NCBI RefSeq assembly: GCF_002105155.1 | Contig: NW_019028993.1 | Span: forward strand, 248,001 to 312,000 | DNA: 64,000 bases | From: Lobosporangium transversale | Lineage: Eukaryota | Direction: 5' to 3' | Shown here: positions 63,310-64,000 of the stretch, piece after piece | Layout: each line of letters opens with the position of its first letter | Position numbering within the stretch: position 1 is the stretch's first letter | Notes under the pieces: generated by a model | Databases searched by the model: none | What the model was told of the DNA's origin: nothing | The model's input: the letters and a program-made list of their open reading frames with translations, nothing else | Translations under genes and position numbers: made by a program

Positions 63310-63770
63310 GAGCGGTACCAGTGTCCCTCGAGAGAGAGCATTTATGATACGGAATTGATGATGGTCCTCACTAACTGGCTACGCGATATAGAAGGATATG
63401 GGGTCATTGGCCAGTGACGCCTCCGTGAGCTCGAGGATCACAATTATAGTGACATTGTCATCAAGAAACTGGGAGAACCTACGGCTGTCATCGAGCTTTT
63501 GGCTATAGGAAGCCAAACTTCTATAAAAGACCATATCAGCAAGACGTCATCTTACAAATGCTTACTCTCACCAGAAGAAGCTTGGATTGTTCACTTTACT
63601 TGTGAAGATGACTATTTTGAACATCCATACTGGCAAACCGACGTGGAGCTGGACCAAGGGGTGATTTGGTGCATTTTTGGGACGACCAGGGTTTTAATAC
63701 AGTGCGGATATGCGCCCGCTGGAAGGGTAGAAGTGGCAACACTCAGGCAATTGGTAATGAGCTATTGACT
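63310..63770 (+). pseudogene. Fragment of a Crinkler-like / PD-(D/E)xK-type nuclease gene, disrupted
   Basis: One frame reads RESIYDTELMMVLTNWL...GQ*RL...YSDIVIKK...VIELLA...EAWIVHFTCED..HPYWQ. It has an in-frame TGA (63415-63417), and a frameshift before LVHFWDD. The family assignment is from recalled motif similarity only. Confidence 0.55.
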
Positions 63771-64000
63771 GCCTGACGGTTATTCTTTTTTTTTTTTTTT
63801 TTTTTTTACCCCAGTATTGAATGAAGCATCCAAAACGCCTCATTTGCCAATATTAGCTTTATAACTTTACTGACCTTTGTATATAGCGAGATTTATTTCG
63901 CATTGATGACATTGACATTGACGACAAACATTTTTACTGTTGTAAAACGATGTGTTGGTGTCCTCTCTCTCTCCACTATTATTTTTAGTATCCTAGTATT

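Overview
Intron-rich eukaryotic DNA with very many poly(A)/poly(T) tracts. It is fungal; gene content and style suggest Mucoromycota, probably Mortierellaceae (inference). All spliced models below were assembled by hand from GT/GC-AG sites and checked for frame. Housekeeping genes: a Pib2-like FYVE protein, FKBP12, MDM34, UTP14, BET5/TRAPPC1, an Spt23/Mga2-like transcription factor, VPS24, SPT3, two tandem CsbD/LEA-like stress proteins and an intronless pyrroline-5-carboxylate reductase. The standout is a ~20 kb accessory island (13.4-33.2 kb) between UTP14 and BET5. It holds seven paralogous, highly diverged single-pass receptor-like genes. They share an MG-x-x-x-P-x-C start with no visible signal peptide, conserved ectodomain motifs, only phase-0 introns, and Pro/Tyr-rich tails, of which A, B1/B2 and C carry P-x-[IV]-P-x-H-S-[RK]-P at or near the C-terminus. 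The island includes a 2.3 kb duplicated gene copy in which I saw no differences, one copy with a decayed cytoplasmic tail, a flanking Tc1-type transposon and an internal decayed pogo element. Other oddities: an anchorless Spt23/Mga2 paralog with an AT-hook, an 11-nt microexon and a GC-AG intron in FKBP12, a bacterial-looking ProC, and a Crinkler-like nuclease pseudogene.
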